A stretch of 64,000 nt of DNA from Defluviitaleaceae bacterium (GCA_009780015.1 WRAW01000001.1:14012-78011), one strand, 5' to 3'. Positions 1 through 8,930 are shown, counted from the first letter of the stretch. The notes: a model not told the origin generated them from the letters alone. Translations and numbers: made by a program.

Positions 1-277
1 CAACGGAGAAGTGGTTCGCGCCCTCGCCCGCTTCCACACGGAGGTAGTAAATAGGAGCTTTGGCCGGATATTTCCGCAGCAACTGAACCTGGTACTCCTT
101 TATTCCGCTGTTATCGGCCCCGGCCTTATCCTGAACCGCTATAACAAACCCGCCCTCCGGAACAGAGCCGGCAGTCTTGCAAGAATAAGCGACAACGCCG
201 CGCGAGCCGTATTCCTTGTGGATTTCATTAAAGGTCATGTATTTTTGTTTTGGCGGAATTGTTTTGAAACCCTTCAT
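1..277 (-). CDS. hypothetical protein, C-terminal part cut off by window start
   Basis: Not in the ORF track because there is no stop inside the window. The reverse strand has ATG at 277-275 (MKGFKTIPPKQKYMTFNEIHKEYGSRG...) and stays open to base 1. GAGG lies about 8 nt upstream. It is on the same strand as, and just downstream of, the 310..528 gene. No family recognised. Confidence 0.3.
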   Translation of the reverse strand, partial: MKGFKTIPPKQKYMTFNEIHKEYGSRGVVAYSCKTAGSVPEGGFVIAVQDKAGADNSGIKEYQVQLLRKYPAKAPIYYLRVEAGEGANHFSV

Positions 278-309
278 ATATCAGCCTCAACTGAGGATTT
301 GTTTCTCCG

Positions 310-528
310 TCAAGTTCTCAACGACTTCTGTTTATTTTGCAGCATAACAAGCGCCTTAGCCGCACGCGTTTGTCTCGTCGCAGACTGCTTAGCTCCTCCG
401 ACCCAATTGCAGTAGCCCCGCTTATATCCGTCCGAAAGGCTTTCAAAGAATATTTTGGCCCCGCCATCAGCTTCCATCACGGTAGAAAGCTCGTCAGGGA
501 CATCGATCGCTTTATTTTCCTGCTCCAT
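310..528 (-). CDS. YdeI/OmpD-associated (OmdA-like) small protein
   Basis: ORF track 310..573. The C-terminal FFESLSDGYKRGYCNWVGGAKQSATRQTRAAKAL resembles the YdeI/OmdA family. I prefer the internal ATG at 528 (MEQENK...) because GGAGGGGG sits 9 nt upstream. Confidence 0.5.
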   Translation of the reverse strand: MEQENKAIDVPDELSTVMEADGGAKIFFESLSDGYKRGYCNWVGGAKQSATRQTRAAKALVMLQNKQKSLRT

Positions 529-547
529 GAAACGTCGCCCCCTCCAA

Positions 548-721
548 TCAATCCAAGTAAAGCGCTCCCGCATGATTCTTTTTAAGAGAGCACGTCATAT
601 CTCCTGAACCTCCGGGCAGTTTGACATCTACCTTTATGTCGGAATCTACTTTATAAATTTTTACCACCTCAGAGCCTTCAGGAAGAAATCCTTTTATTAC
701 CTGAACTAATTTTTCATCCAT
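548..721 (-). CDS. small hypothetical protein (57 aa)
   Basis: Below the ORF-track size cut-off. Reverse strand ATG at 721, MDEKLVQVIKGFLPEGSEVVKIYKVDSDIKVDVKLPGGSGDMTCSLKKNHAGALYLD, stop TGA at 550-548. GAGGA lies upstream. No family recognised. Confidence 0.25.
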   Translation of the reverse strand: MDEKLVQVIKGFLPEGSEVVKIYKVDSDIKVDVKLPGGSGDMTCSLKKNHAGALYLD

Positions 722-994
722 AGTTTAATCGTCCTCTGTAGTATTCTGAATTATTTACTATTCTAGCACATAACTCTTTTTTTCTCAACAATAAACTTTA
801 TTATTGCACAAAAATCAATTTTCATTGCAGGCTTGACCTGAAATCGCATCGGATATCCGCATACTCGGCCGTATTTCAGGCTAAAACCGGAATAGCGAAG
901 TGACGAAATTTGATTTCCGAATCAGCGCCGGTATTGACTTATTATGATAATATTGATATCATCTTTATGGATAATAACTGGAGGGGGAGCGGAC

Positions 995-1552
995 TTGTCG
1001 AATTTGTCGGAACAGGACGCGCTGCGACGTGCGGACAACAAGCTGATGATTCTGTACTTGCTCGACAAAATGGACATTCCCATGACAAACGCGCAGATCA
1101 CCGACTTTTTTGTATCGGAAAATCTGCTGACGTACTTCGAGCTGCAACAACTGCTGGCCAAAATGGTCGACGACGCATACCTGGAGAAGTATGTCGACAA
1201 TAATACAGCGCGCTACACCGTTACCGACCAGGGGGCGCAGACTCTGGAACTGCTTGGGAAGCGGATACTCCAGCCGGCGCGCTCGAAAATAAGCACCTTT
1301 GTCAGTGAAAACCGTAGGCTAATCAAGAAAGCTTATGAAATAACATCCAACTATTTCTACGACCACCAGACCGGCGAATTTATCGTGAAGTGCGGCGCGT
1401 ACGACGGCGACACAACCTTGATGGAGCTGGCTCTGTCGGTTGTAACACGCGAACAGGCCAAGCTCATATGCCGTAACTGGAAGGAAAACGTAAACAGGCT
1501 GTATGGAAAGTTCATGGACTTGCTTACGGACGAAAACGCCGAAGAATCTTAG
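995..1552 (+). CDS. DUF4364 family protein (putative PadR-like regulator)
   Basis: ORF 944..1552. NKLMILYLLDKMDIPMTNAQITDFFVSENLLTYFELQQLL is typical of DUF4364. The in-frame TTG at 995 follows GGAGGGGGA. A TTGACT-17-TATCAT promoter lies at about 924-952. Confidence 0.7.
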   Translation: MSNLSEQDALRRADNKLMILYLLDKMDIPMTNAQITDFFVSENLLTYFELQQLLAKMVDDAYLEKYVDNNTARYTVTDQGAQTLELLGKRILQPARSKISTFVSENRRLIKKAYEITSNYFYDHQTGEFIVKCGAYDGDTTLMELALSVVTREQAKLICRNWKENVNRLYGKFMDLLTDENAEES

Positions 1553-1555
1553 AGA

Positions 1556-1821
1556 CTGTTTAATACCTTTTTGCCGTTGGATTGGCAAGATCAGTTTTTC
1601 GCCATTTTAGGATGCTGTGTGCCAGTGGCACACGTTTAGCATCCGAAGCGCCAGCGTAGGCGGAGGAAGTGACGCCCGGGGTCCCCGCAAAGCCCGATTT
1701 TGGCTTTGTGGGGTGGACTGAGCGTACCCGTAGTGGTACGCAAGAAACTGACGACGACAAAGGGCGAAAAACCGGGGCCCCCGTGAAGCCCGGGTTTGAA
1801 TGGTAAAAAGGTATTAAACAG
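1556..1821 (-). repeat. family-1 nested palindromic structured repeat, copy A (long variant)
   Basis: Outer arms ctgtttaatacctttttgcc (1556-1575) and ggtaaaaaggtattaaacag (1802-1821) are complementary. The interior aligns to the reverse complement of copies at 16268, 55038 and to 7444 (gcgtaccc..ggtacgcaag, ctgacgacga, ggcgaaaaaccggggccccc). It starts 4 nt after the DUF4364 stop. Confidence 0.85.
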
Positions 1822-1839
1822 CCTCTTAGGAGCAAATAA

Positions 1840-3036
1840 ATGATATATACCAAGCTGCGGAGCCTTTACCCAAGGGGCGGTACACGCCGCGTTATTCTGA
1901 TGTTCGTGTTGATGAACGTGTTTGGGTTCTTTGCGCTTTCGGGCGCCAGAGGGTTTATCGTAGCATTTCTTGAGTATGTTGGGTATTCCGCCGGTGTTAT
2001 AGGCGCGTTCATATCGGTGATGGCGGCGTTTGGCATCGCCGGGCAGTTCGCCATCGGTTTCCTGTGTGACAAGTACGGGCGGATAAAGCCGTTCTACTTC
2101 CTGCTGATGACTATGGTGGTCGTGTCCGGGTTTGTGATATACTACGTAAGGCCGCCGATATGGATCATGTTCGCGGCGTTTGCCCTGCTTGGGGCGACCC
2201 TTGTCACCTGTATTCAGCTCGTGGACAGTTGGGTACTGGAGTCAGGCGATACGCTTAAACAAGCTTATGGGAAGGCTCGTGGAGCGGGCTCATTTGGCTG
2301 GGCCATCGGCCTGATAAGCTTGGGGCCGGTTATAGCTATTTTCGGTTTTTACGCGTTGCCGGTAATGTCCCTAATATTCACTCTGATTGCATTTTCAATA
2401 GCGATAAAGTTGCCCGACGCTAAGAAAACCAAGCACGGCAAAACAATCACCGTCAGGTCGCTAAAGGAGCTTTTCGCTAACTACCGCTATATACATCTGC
2501 TTCTGACGACATTCATGATATTCGGCGTGGTATCGGCGGAGTGGGTGCTGAACGGCATTAAGGCCGCCCAACTGGGTACGCCCGTGACATTTGGGATATT
2601 CTCCGGTACGATGGCCTTCGTCGAAGTTCCGTTTTTCGCTCTGTTTGGCCGTATACAGCGCCGGTTCAAGCTGACGCACATATTCGTATTCGGCGCGTCG
2701 GTTTACATAGTGCGTATAGCTCTCATGGGGCTTGCCCCAAGCATTGGCGTCATGACGCTCATCGGCATGACCAACGCTTTTGCCTACGCACCGTGCTATA
2801 TCAGCGCAAAATTCCTGCTTGACAAAGAGATACCGCAGCACTTAAAAACCACAGGACAGCTTATTGCCGCGGCCGTTTTCAGCGGACTTGCCGGAATAGT
2901 TTTCCCCGCGGCGATTGGGCTGGTCGCGGATGCCGTCGGGCTTACTAACGCATTCTTCATTTTGGCCGGCTTTGCGGTTGTTCCGTTTGCGCTGGCGTTG
3001 ATTTTCGCTAACATGAAGGATAAAGAGTTTGTCTAA
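1840..3036 (+). CDS. MFS transporter
   Basis: 398 aa with about 12 hydrophobic segments. The FLCDKYGRIKP loop between TM2 and TM3 is typical of MFS. Confidence 0.8.
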   Translation: MIYTKLRSLYPRGGTRRVILMFVLMNVFGFFALSGARGFIVAFLEYVGYSAGVIGAFISVMAAFGIAGQFAIGFLCDKYGRIKPFYFLLMTMVVVSGFVIYYVRPPIWIMFAAFALLGATLVTCIQLVDSWVLESGDTLKQAYGKARGAGSFGWAIGLISLGPVIAIFGFYALPVMSLIFTLIAFSIAIKLPDAKKTKHGKTITVRSLKELFANYRYIHLLLTTFMIFGVVSAEWVLNGIKAAQLGTPVTFGIFSGTMAFVEVPFFALFGRIQRRFKLTHIFVFGASVYIVRIALMGLAPSIGVMTLIGMTNAFAYAPCYISAKFLLDKEIPQHLKTTGQLIAAAVFSGLAGIVFPAAIGLVADAVGLTNAFFILAGFAVVPFALALIFANMKDKEFV

Positions 3037-3854
3037 TGCCCGTTCAATATCCTGTTAGCGCCGGATTTAATACTAAACAGGCTCTAAGGGCACGGAAAGG
3101 ATTGCTAGAATTGTTCAAAAGAGTTATAATTAAGGTAAGCGGAGAACAGCTTGCGGGAGGAAGCGACGTCGAACACTTCGACGGCGCGTTCATCAAGCGT
3201 ATTGTAACGGAAGTAGACCACGTCAGCAGACGCGGCTGTGAAGCCGGACTGGTGGTGGGCGGCGGAAACATCTGGCGCGGCCGCGACGCCAACCCGTCAA
3301 TGGACAAAGCCAAGGCCCACCACATGGGTATGCTGGCCACGGTCATCAACGCGATATACCTTGCCGACCAGTTCCGCGTTTACGCGGATCGCAAGGCCGT
3401 CGTAATGACGCCGTTTGACGTAAACGGCTTCACGGCGCGCTACAGTCAGGAGTCCGCAAACGAATGTATGAGAAGGGGTACAATACCGATATTCGCCGGA
3501 GGCAGCGGACACCCGTTCCTCTCCACAGATACAATCACCGCCATACGGGCCTGTGAGCTGCGCGTCGACGCCGTTCTCTACGGAAAAACTGTGTCCTCGG
3601 TTTACGATAAAGACCCGCGACGTCACCGCGACGCCCGCCGCCTCCGGTCGGTGTCCTACGAAACCGTACTGCGCGACAGCCTCGACGTGGCCGATATCGC
3701 GGCCCTTAGCATCACGCACGGCGCGAACCTGGCGTCGGTAGTCTTTGGCATAGCCATCGAGGGTTCAATACTGACAGCGTGTGAAGGCGTGGAGGGCTTG
3801 TTCAGAATCGGCGGCACATACATCGCGGACGACGCTCAGGATGTGTATTACTAA
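3036..3854 (+). CDS. pyrH: UMP kinase
   Basis: KRVIIKVSGEQLAG, VVGGGNIWRG, HMGMLATVINA and FLSTDTITAIRA motifs, and position upstream of frr. The start is uncertain: the ATG at 3036 gives a 26-aa N-terminal extension, and the in-frame TTG at 3111 would give the usual M-FKRV start. Confidence 0.85.
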   Translation: MPVQYPVSAGFNTKQALRARKGLLELFKRVIIKVSGEQLAGGSDVEHFDGAFIKRIVTEVDHVSRRGCEAGLVVGGGNIWRGRDANPSMDKAKAHHMGMLATVINAIYLADQFRVYADRKAVVMTPFDVNGFTARYSQESANECMRRGTIPIFAGGSGHPFLSTDTITAIRACELRVDAVLYGKTVSSVYDKDPRRHRDARRLRSVSYETVLRDSLDVADIAALSITHGANLASVVFGIAIEGSILTACEGVEGLFRIGGTYIADDAQDVYY

Positions 3855-3923
3855 TGCCTGCAGGCCTGCTTATGTGATAAATTATCGGTAGATTCGGAGG
3901 AGATTTATCTGGCAAAGTCAATT

Positions 3924-4142
3924 TTGGGTTACAACACTGCCGCGAAAATGGGAAAAGCCGCCGCAATGAAGTACTGCCAGGAATGGCAGGCCGAAATAAC
4001 AAAAACAGGGGTAACGCTTGCTACCGACTATACGGGCAAAAAAATCGATAAAGCCACATATAACTATAGGAGGGAGGCTCTGAACAAGCAGACGAAGGAT
4101 CTGAACGAATGTATCGCGTCTATTAATCGGCAGTTTGGATAG
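3924..4142 (+). CDS. small hypothetical protein (72 aa) between pyrH and frr
   Basis: ORF track only; no family recognised. The strong SD GGAGGAG (3896-3902) is 21 nt from the TTG at 3924 but 6 nt from an in-frame CTG at 3909. Confidence 0.3.
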   Translation: MGYNTAAKMGKAAAMKYCQEWQAEITKTGVTLATDYTGKKIDKATYNYRREALNKQTKDLNECIASINRQFG

Positions 4143-4184
4143 CACATTCACCATCAAAAATGTGCAGCATTAAGGAGGATAACT

Positions 4185-4739
4185 ATGCCCAGCAATATTT
4201 CCAGCTACGAAGATAAGATGAGCAAGACTATCGACACGCTTAACGGCGATCTCAACACAATCAGAGCCGGGCGCGCCAACCCACACGTACTTGATCGTAT
4301 AACCATCGATTATTTTGGCACGCAGACTCCGCTTAACCAGGTTGGCAACATAAGCGTACCGGAGGCCCGGCTGCTGCAGATTTCGCCTTGGGACAAGTCT
4401 ACCTTGAAAGCTATCGAAAAGGCGATACAAGCGTCGGACATCGGCATTAACCCAACCAACGACGGCAGCGTAATAAGACTGGCTTTCCCCGAGCTTACGG
4501 AGGAGCGCCGCAAGTCGCTCACCAAGGAAGTTAAGAAGAAAGGCGACGACTTCAAGGTCGCTATACGCAACATACGCCGCGACGGAATGGAAGAGTTGAA
4601 GAAGGCCGAAAAAAAGTCGGAGATAACCGAGGATGAGCTCGAGAACCTGGAAGACAAACTACAAAAGGCCACAGACAAGTTTGTGGCACAAATCGACAAG
4701 ATAGTCGAGGCGAAGAACAAGGACATAATGTCAATTTAG
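4185..4739 (+). CDS. frr: ribosome recycling factor
   Basis: 184 aa. IRAGRANPHVLDRITIDYFG, ISPWDKS and LTEERRK are classic Frr. AGGAGG lies upstream. Confidence 0.95.
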   Translation: MPSNISSYEDKMSKTIDTLNGDLNTIRAGRANPHVLDRITIDYFGTQTPLNQVGNISVPEARLLQISPWDKSTLKAIEKAIQASDIGINPTNDGSVIRLAFPELTEERRKSLTKEVKKKGDDFKVAIRNIRRDGMEELKKAEKKSEITEDELENLEDKLQKATDKFVAQIDKIVEAKNKDIMSI

Positions 4740-4753
4740 CTTCGGGAGGAAGT

Positions 4754-5461
4754 ATGAAGGACAAGGTTAGTCTTCCCGAACACATCGCAATAATAATGGA
4801 CGGAAACGGAAGATGGGCAAAAAAAAGGTTCCTCACCAAGACGGCAGGCCACAAGGCCGGGGCTCAGAACTTGCGTAAACTGGCTGAATCGGCAAACAAG
4901 GCCGGACTTAAATACCTGAGCGTATACGCGTTTTCAACGGAGAACTGGAAACGTTCCCCGGCGGAAATTGATGGGCTTATGAACTTGCTTCGCGGATATA
5001 TTCAGGAATACATCGACGATACTAAGAAAAACGACATGCGCGTGATGGTAATCGGCCGCCGCGACCGGATATCGCCGGATCTGCGCGAAAAAATCGAATA
5101 CCTTGAAAAGCTGACCGCGGAAAAACCCGGTTTGACCCTTGTCATTGCGCTGGACTACGGCGCGCGCGACGAAATATTTCGCGCAGCGAAAAAATTTGCC
5201 AAGGCATGCGGAAACGGCACGATAACCGGCGATAATATTGACGAGGAAGTATTCTCGGATTTTATGGACACGGCGGGCATACCTGACCCGCAGCTGCTCA
5301 TACGCACGTCTGGCGAAGAGAGACTCAGCAACTTTATGATGTGGCAGATTGCTTACAGCGAACTTTATTTCACGGACAAGCTTTGGCCGGACTTCGGTTT
5401 TGAGGACATGATGGAGGCCGTTAGAGTCTATAACGCGCGGGAGCGCCGGTTTGGAGGTTAG
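4754..5461 (+). CDS. uppS: isoprenyl transferase (undecaprenyl-diphosphate synthase)
   Basis: HIAIIMDGNGRWAK, SVYAFSTENWKR and RTSGEERLSNFMMWQIAYSELYF motifs. Confidence 0.95.
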   Translation: MKDKVSLPEHIAIIMDGNGRWAKKRFLTKTAGHKAGAQNLRKLAESANKAGLKYLSVYAFSTENWKRSPAEIDGLMNLLRGYIQEYIDDTKKNDMRVMVIGRRDRISPDLREKIEYLEKLTAEKPGLTLVIALDYGARDEIFRAAKKFAKACGNGTITGDNIDEEVFSDFMDTAGIPDPQLLIRTSGEERLSNFMMWQIAYSELYFTDKLWPDFGFEDMMEAVRVYNARERRFGG

Positions 5462-5467
5462 ACGCGC

Positions 5468-6313
5468 ATGGTTAGACGCGTTATTACATCTGTAGTCGGC
5501 CTGCCGCTGTTGGTATTTGTGCTGATAAGCGGCGGGGTTGTGCTTGAAATTGCGCTGTTCTGCGTTGCGGCGTTCGGTGTGACGGAGTTTTACAAGGCGA
5601 CAACAGGCCGTGACGGCATGTGGAGTCAATTTTTCATTTGGATAGCGGTCTTCGCCTACTTTTTCTTTTTCCTGCGCGGATTCTGGATTACGGATGTGAC
5701 GGGAATTGTGACGTTTTTGGCGATACTTATAATGGCGTACGGTGTTGCGACCGTTGTAACACACAAGACTTCCAAGTCTCCGTCCGCCGCGTTCGCCGCC
5801 TCCGGCGAAATTTCAAGCGCCGCGCCGGCTGTCGCAGGCTTATTCTATGTCGCGCTTATGCTGGGCTTCGTGATACTTGTGCGTGAAGCGCCCGGCGGTA
5901 TATACCTAGTGTGGCTCATATTTATATCGGCGTGGGGGGCGGATACGTTCGCCTACTTTGTCGGCAAGGCGATCGGCCGGCACAAGCTCTGCCCTGCTCT
6001 CAGCCCGTCAAAGACCGTCGAAGGCGCGGTGGGCGGAGTGGTTGGCGCGGCCGTCACCGCCATGCTCTACGGCAGGGCGATATCACATTTTTTCCCTGAT
6101 GCCGTCAACACCGACATCCTCCTGTTTGGCATAGTCGCCGCTTTTTCCGCTGTGATGTCCATATTCGGGGATTTAACGGCATCGTCAATCAAGCGGAAAG
6201 TCAGGATAAAGGATTTCGGTAAAATCTTCCCCGGTCACGGCGGCGTGCTCGACCGTTTCGACAGCGTGCTGTTTACCGCGCCCACCATTTATATATTGTT
6301 GAACTTTCTTTAG
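5468..6313 (+). CDS. cdsA: phosphatidate cytidylyltransferase
   Basis: Polytopic membrane protein with the C-terminal signature SIKRKVRIKDFGKIFPGHGGVLDRFDS. Confidence 0.9.
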   Translation: MVRRVITSVVGLPLLVFVLISGGVVLEIALFCVAAFGVTEFYKATTGRDGMWSQFFIWIAVFAYFFFFLRGFWITDVTGIVTFLAILIMAYGVATVVTHKTSKSPSAAFAASGEISSAAPAVAGLFYVALMLGFVILVREAPGGIYLVWLIFISAWGADTFAYFVGKAIGRHKLCPALSPSKTVEGAVGGVVGAAVTAMLYGRAISHFFPDAVNTDILLFGIVAAFSAVMSIFGDLTASSIKRKVRIKDFGKIFPGHGGVLDRFDSVLFTAPTIYILLNFL

Positions 6314-6349
6314 ATAACGGCGTTTCTTGACATACCTTAAGGCGGATTT

Positions 6350-7666
6350 ATGAAAAATATTGTGATACTTGGATCAACCGGTTCGATAGGGACTCAGGCG
6401 CTGGAGGTTGTTGACAGCCTTGGGGCGGAAGCCGGAATTTCGGCGCTTACCGCTAATAGCAGCGCAGACTTGCTCTACGATCAAATTGTGAAGTACAAAC
6501 CCAAGCTGGCCGTAGTTATGAATGCCGGGGCATATGACGAGCTTAGGAACAAGCTGCGCGCCGCCGGAATCGGCGTAAAGCTGGCGCACGGCATGGACGG
6601 GCTGCTTGAAGCGGCCTCCATGGACTGCGCCGACGTCTGCGTAAACGCGCTGGTGGGAAGCGTCGGACTGCTGCCGACCCTTGCGGCAATCGACGCCGGA
6701 ACCGACGTGGCGCTGGCAAACAAAGAAACCATCGTCACCGCCGGGGAGATTGTGATGGGTCGCGCACGCGCACGCGGCGTAAACATCGTGCCAATCGACA
6801 GCGAACATTCGGCAATATTCCAATGCCTGGCCGGAAATTCGGGCAACAGGATACACAGGATACTGCTTACGGCTTCAGGCGGGCCATTCCGAGGCATGAG
6901 TCCCGAACAGCTCAAATCCGTAACTATCGAGGACGCGCTTGCCCACCCGAATTGGGTAATGGGACGCAAGATAACGATTGACTCGGCGACTCTCATGAAC
7001 AAAGGTTTGGAAGTGATCGAAGCTCGATGGCTCTTCGACGTAGACCCCTCGCAGATTGAGGTCGTCGTTCACCCACAAAGCGTCATACACTCGATGGTCG
7101 AGTTTGAAGACGGTGCGATAATGGCGCAACTTGGCGAAAGTGATATGCGCGTCAGCATTGCTTACGCATTAACATACCCTCGCCGCGCGCGCTCCGATTT
7201 TAAGCGTCTGGATATATTCAGCCGCAGCCCTCTGACCTTCGAGCCGCCAGATACAACAGCTTTCCCATGCCTGGCTTATGCTTACGACGCGCTGAGAGCC
7301 GGCGGCACTGCGCCGGCCGTCCTTAACTCCGCCAACGAAGCCGCCGTTGAACTCTTTCTTAGCGGCAAAATTTCATTCACGGATATACCACGGCTTATAA
7401 ACGAGGCTGTTTCATCATATAATGTAAGGCGCGATGCTAAAAACCTGTATTCAATACCCGGAATGTTGGATTGGCGAGACGATTTTTCGCCAATTGAGGA
7501 AGTGATGACGCCGCGTACCAGTAGGGTACGCAAGGAAGAACTGACGATGAGTGGCGGAAAATCGACCGCCAAGACAGCGTTTCGGGTATTGAATGCAGGT
7601 TCTCATATCGACGAAATCTTACGGGCCGACGCCTGGGGAAGAAACTTTGTACACGAAAAGGGTTGA
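6350..7666 (+). CDS. dxr: 1-deoxy-D-xylulose-5-phosphate reductoisomerase carrying a 52-codon in-frame repeat insertion near the C-terminus
   Basis: ILGSTGSIGTQAL, ANKETIV, DSEHSAIFQC and HPNWVMGRKITIDSATLMNKGLEVIEA motifs. At 438 aa it is about 50 aa longer than usual. The extra segment coincides with repeat copy D (7444..7599). Confidence 0.95.
   Translation: MKNIVILGSTGSIGTQALEVVDSLGAEAGISALTANSSADLLYDQIVKYKPKLAVVMNAGAYDELRNKLRAAGIGVKLAHGMDGLLEAASMDCADVCVNALVGSVGLLPTLAAIDAGTDVALANKETIVTAGEIVMGRARARGVNIVPIDSEHSAIFQCLAGNSGNRIHRILLTASGGPFRGMSPEQLKSVTIEDALAHPNWVMGRKITIDSATLMNKGLEVIEARWLFDVDPSQIEVVVHPQSVIHSMVEFEDGAIMAQLGESDMRVSIAYALTYPRRARSDFKRLDIFSRSPLTFEPPDTTAFPCLAYAYDALRAGGTAPAVLNSANEAAVELFLSGKISFTDIPRLINEAVSSYNVRRDAKNLYSIPGMLDWRDDFSPIEEVMTPRTSRVRKEELTMSGGKSTAKTAFRVLNAGSHIDEILRADAWGRNFVHEKG
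7444..7599 (-). repeat. family-1 nested palindromic structured repeat, copy D (short variant) inside the dxr CDS
   Basis: Arms cctgtattcaatacccg (7444-7460) and cgggtattgaatgcagg (7583-7599) are complementary. The interior (ttggcgagacgatttttcgccaatt, gcgtaccagtagggtacgcaag, ctgacgatgagtggcggaaaatcg) aligns to the other copies. Length is 156 nt, a multiple of 3, with no stop in the dxr frame. Confidence 0.85.
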
Positions 7667-8769
7667 TAATATTGCAAAACGTTATTTCGCTGTTGATATT
7701 CATACTTATATTTGGACTGCTGATCTTTGTGCACGAATGGGGGCACTTTATAGCGGCTCGCAAGTGCGGCATACTGGTGGAAGAGTTTGCCTTCGGCATG
7801 GGGCCGAAGATTTTCGGATGGCAGCCCGGTGAAACGCTGTATTCCATCAGGCTGTTTCCGGTGGGCGGCTTTTGCAGTATGCAGGGCTTGGACGAAGGCA
7901 GCGACGGTGAACGCGCGTTCGTCAACAAGAAGGTGTCCCGGCGGATGATAGTCATTCTGGCCGGCTCCGCCATGAACCTGGCGCTGGCGCTGGTTATATT
8001 CTCGATAGGCGCGCTTACCAGCGGATTTGCCACCACCACAATAGCCAGCGTAATACCCGAGAGTCCGGCCGAAGCCGCGGGGCTGCTTCCGGGCGACCGC
8101 ATAACAAGGATCAACGATTCCGCAGTAAACCTCTACGAGGATGTGCTGATCTCGATCAGAACCTCGACCACGGATGTTCTCAGCGTAGAGGTCGTACGGA
8201 ACGGCGCCGCGCATCAGATAGAAGTGCCCCCGGCGCTTAACAACGGCAACAGATGGATCGGCGTAGCGCCGCAATTTCGCCTAGGAGCGTTCCAGGCCGA
8301 GCGCGACGGCTTGGAGCGCGCCGGGTTCTTCGAGTCGATTTCCACAGGGATGCATGAGATGGTGTTCCTGGTGCGTCATACCTTCATAGCCCTCAGCCAG
8401 CTTGTCACGTTCCAGGCGTCGGCGGACGATATGACCGGCCCGATAGGCATATTCGGCATAATCAACAATAACTTCCAAGCCACTGTAGCAACCGCGGAAG
8501 AACTCGAACGCACCGCCTTTGAAACCTTTATGTCGCTGCTGAGGTCAAACTTCATGTTCGCGGGGATACTTAGCGCGGCTATCGGGATATTCAACCTGCT
8601 TCCCGTACCGGCGCTGGACGGCGGACGCTTTGTGTTCCTGGCGCTGGAGGGTGTGCGGAGAAAGCCCATCAGGCCCGAAACCGAGGGAACGATCCACTTT
8701 GTCGGCTTCGTGATGCTGATGGTTCTGGCCGTATTCATCGCCTATAGGGACGTTATAAGGCTGCTCTAA
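7663..8769 (+). CDS. rseP: RIP metalloprotease RseP (site-2 protease, M50)
   Basis: HEWGHFIAARKCG (HExxH), a PDZ-like middle region, and the C-terminal NLLPVPALDGG motif. The TTG start overlaps the dxr stop. Confidence 0.9.
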   Translation: MIILQNVISLLIFILIFGLLIFVHEWGHFIAARKCGILVEEFAFGMGPKIFGWQPGETLYSIRLFPVGGFCSMQGLDEGSDGERAFVNKKVSRRMIVILAGSAMNLALALVIFSIGALTSGFATTTIASVIPESPAEAAGLLPGDRITRINDSAVNLYEDVLISIRTSTTDVLSVEVVRNGAAHQIEVPPALNNGNRWIGVAPQFRLGAFQAERDGLERAGFFESISTGMHEMVFLVRHTFIALSQLVTFQASADDMTGPIGIFGIINNNFQATVATAEELERTAFETFMSLLRSNFMFAGILSAAIGIFNLLPVPALDGGRFVFLALEGVRRKPIRPETEGTIHFVGFVMLMVLAVFIAYRDVIRLL

Positions 8770-8797
8770 AGGTCTATAATCATACGAGACAACGCAC

Positions 8798-8830
8798 AAT
8801 CCGGGATATGATTTCCCGGATTGTTTTCAT
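8798..8830 (+). terminator. intrinsic terminator after rseP
   Basis: aatccggga-tatgatt-tcccggatt followed by gttttcattt. Confidence 0.7.
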
Positions 8831-8870
8831 TTGTAATTAAAATACTTGACAAAGATTGGTTTATCGTATA

Positions 8871-8914
8871 TCATTGTATTATTGTACTATTAATATAGTA
8901 CAATAATACAATGA
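8871..8914. promoter_or_regulatory. 44-bp perfect palindrome, probable operator of the downstream YtrA-type GntR regulator
   Basis: tcattgtattattgtactat-taat-atagtacaataatacaatga: perfect 20-nt arms with a 4-nt spacer. It lies between a TTGACA box (8846-8851) and the GntR start at 8931. Confidence 0.75.
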
Positions 8915-8930
8915 TATGGGGTAATGTGCC

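Noticed and set aside
944-994. Long N-terminus (MIILISSLWIITGGGAD) for the DUF4364 protein
   Set aside because: The likely promoter -10 (TATCAT at about 947-952) overlaps this region. A strong SD precedes the in-frame TTG at 995, which gives a family-typical N-terminus.
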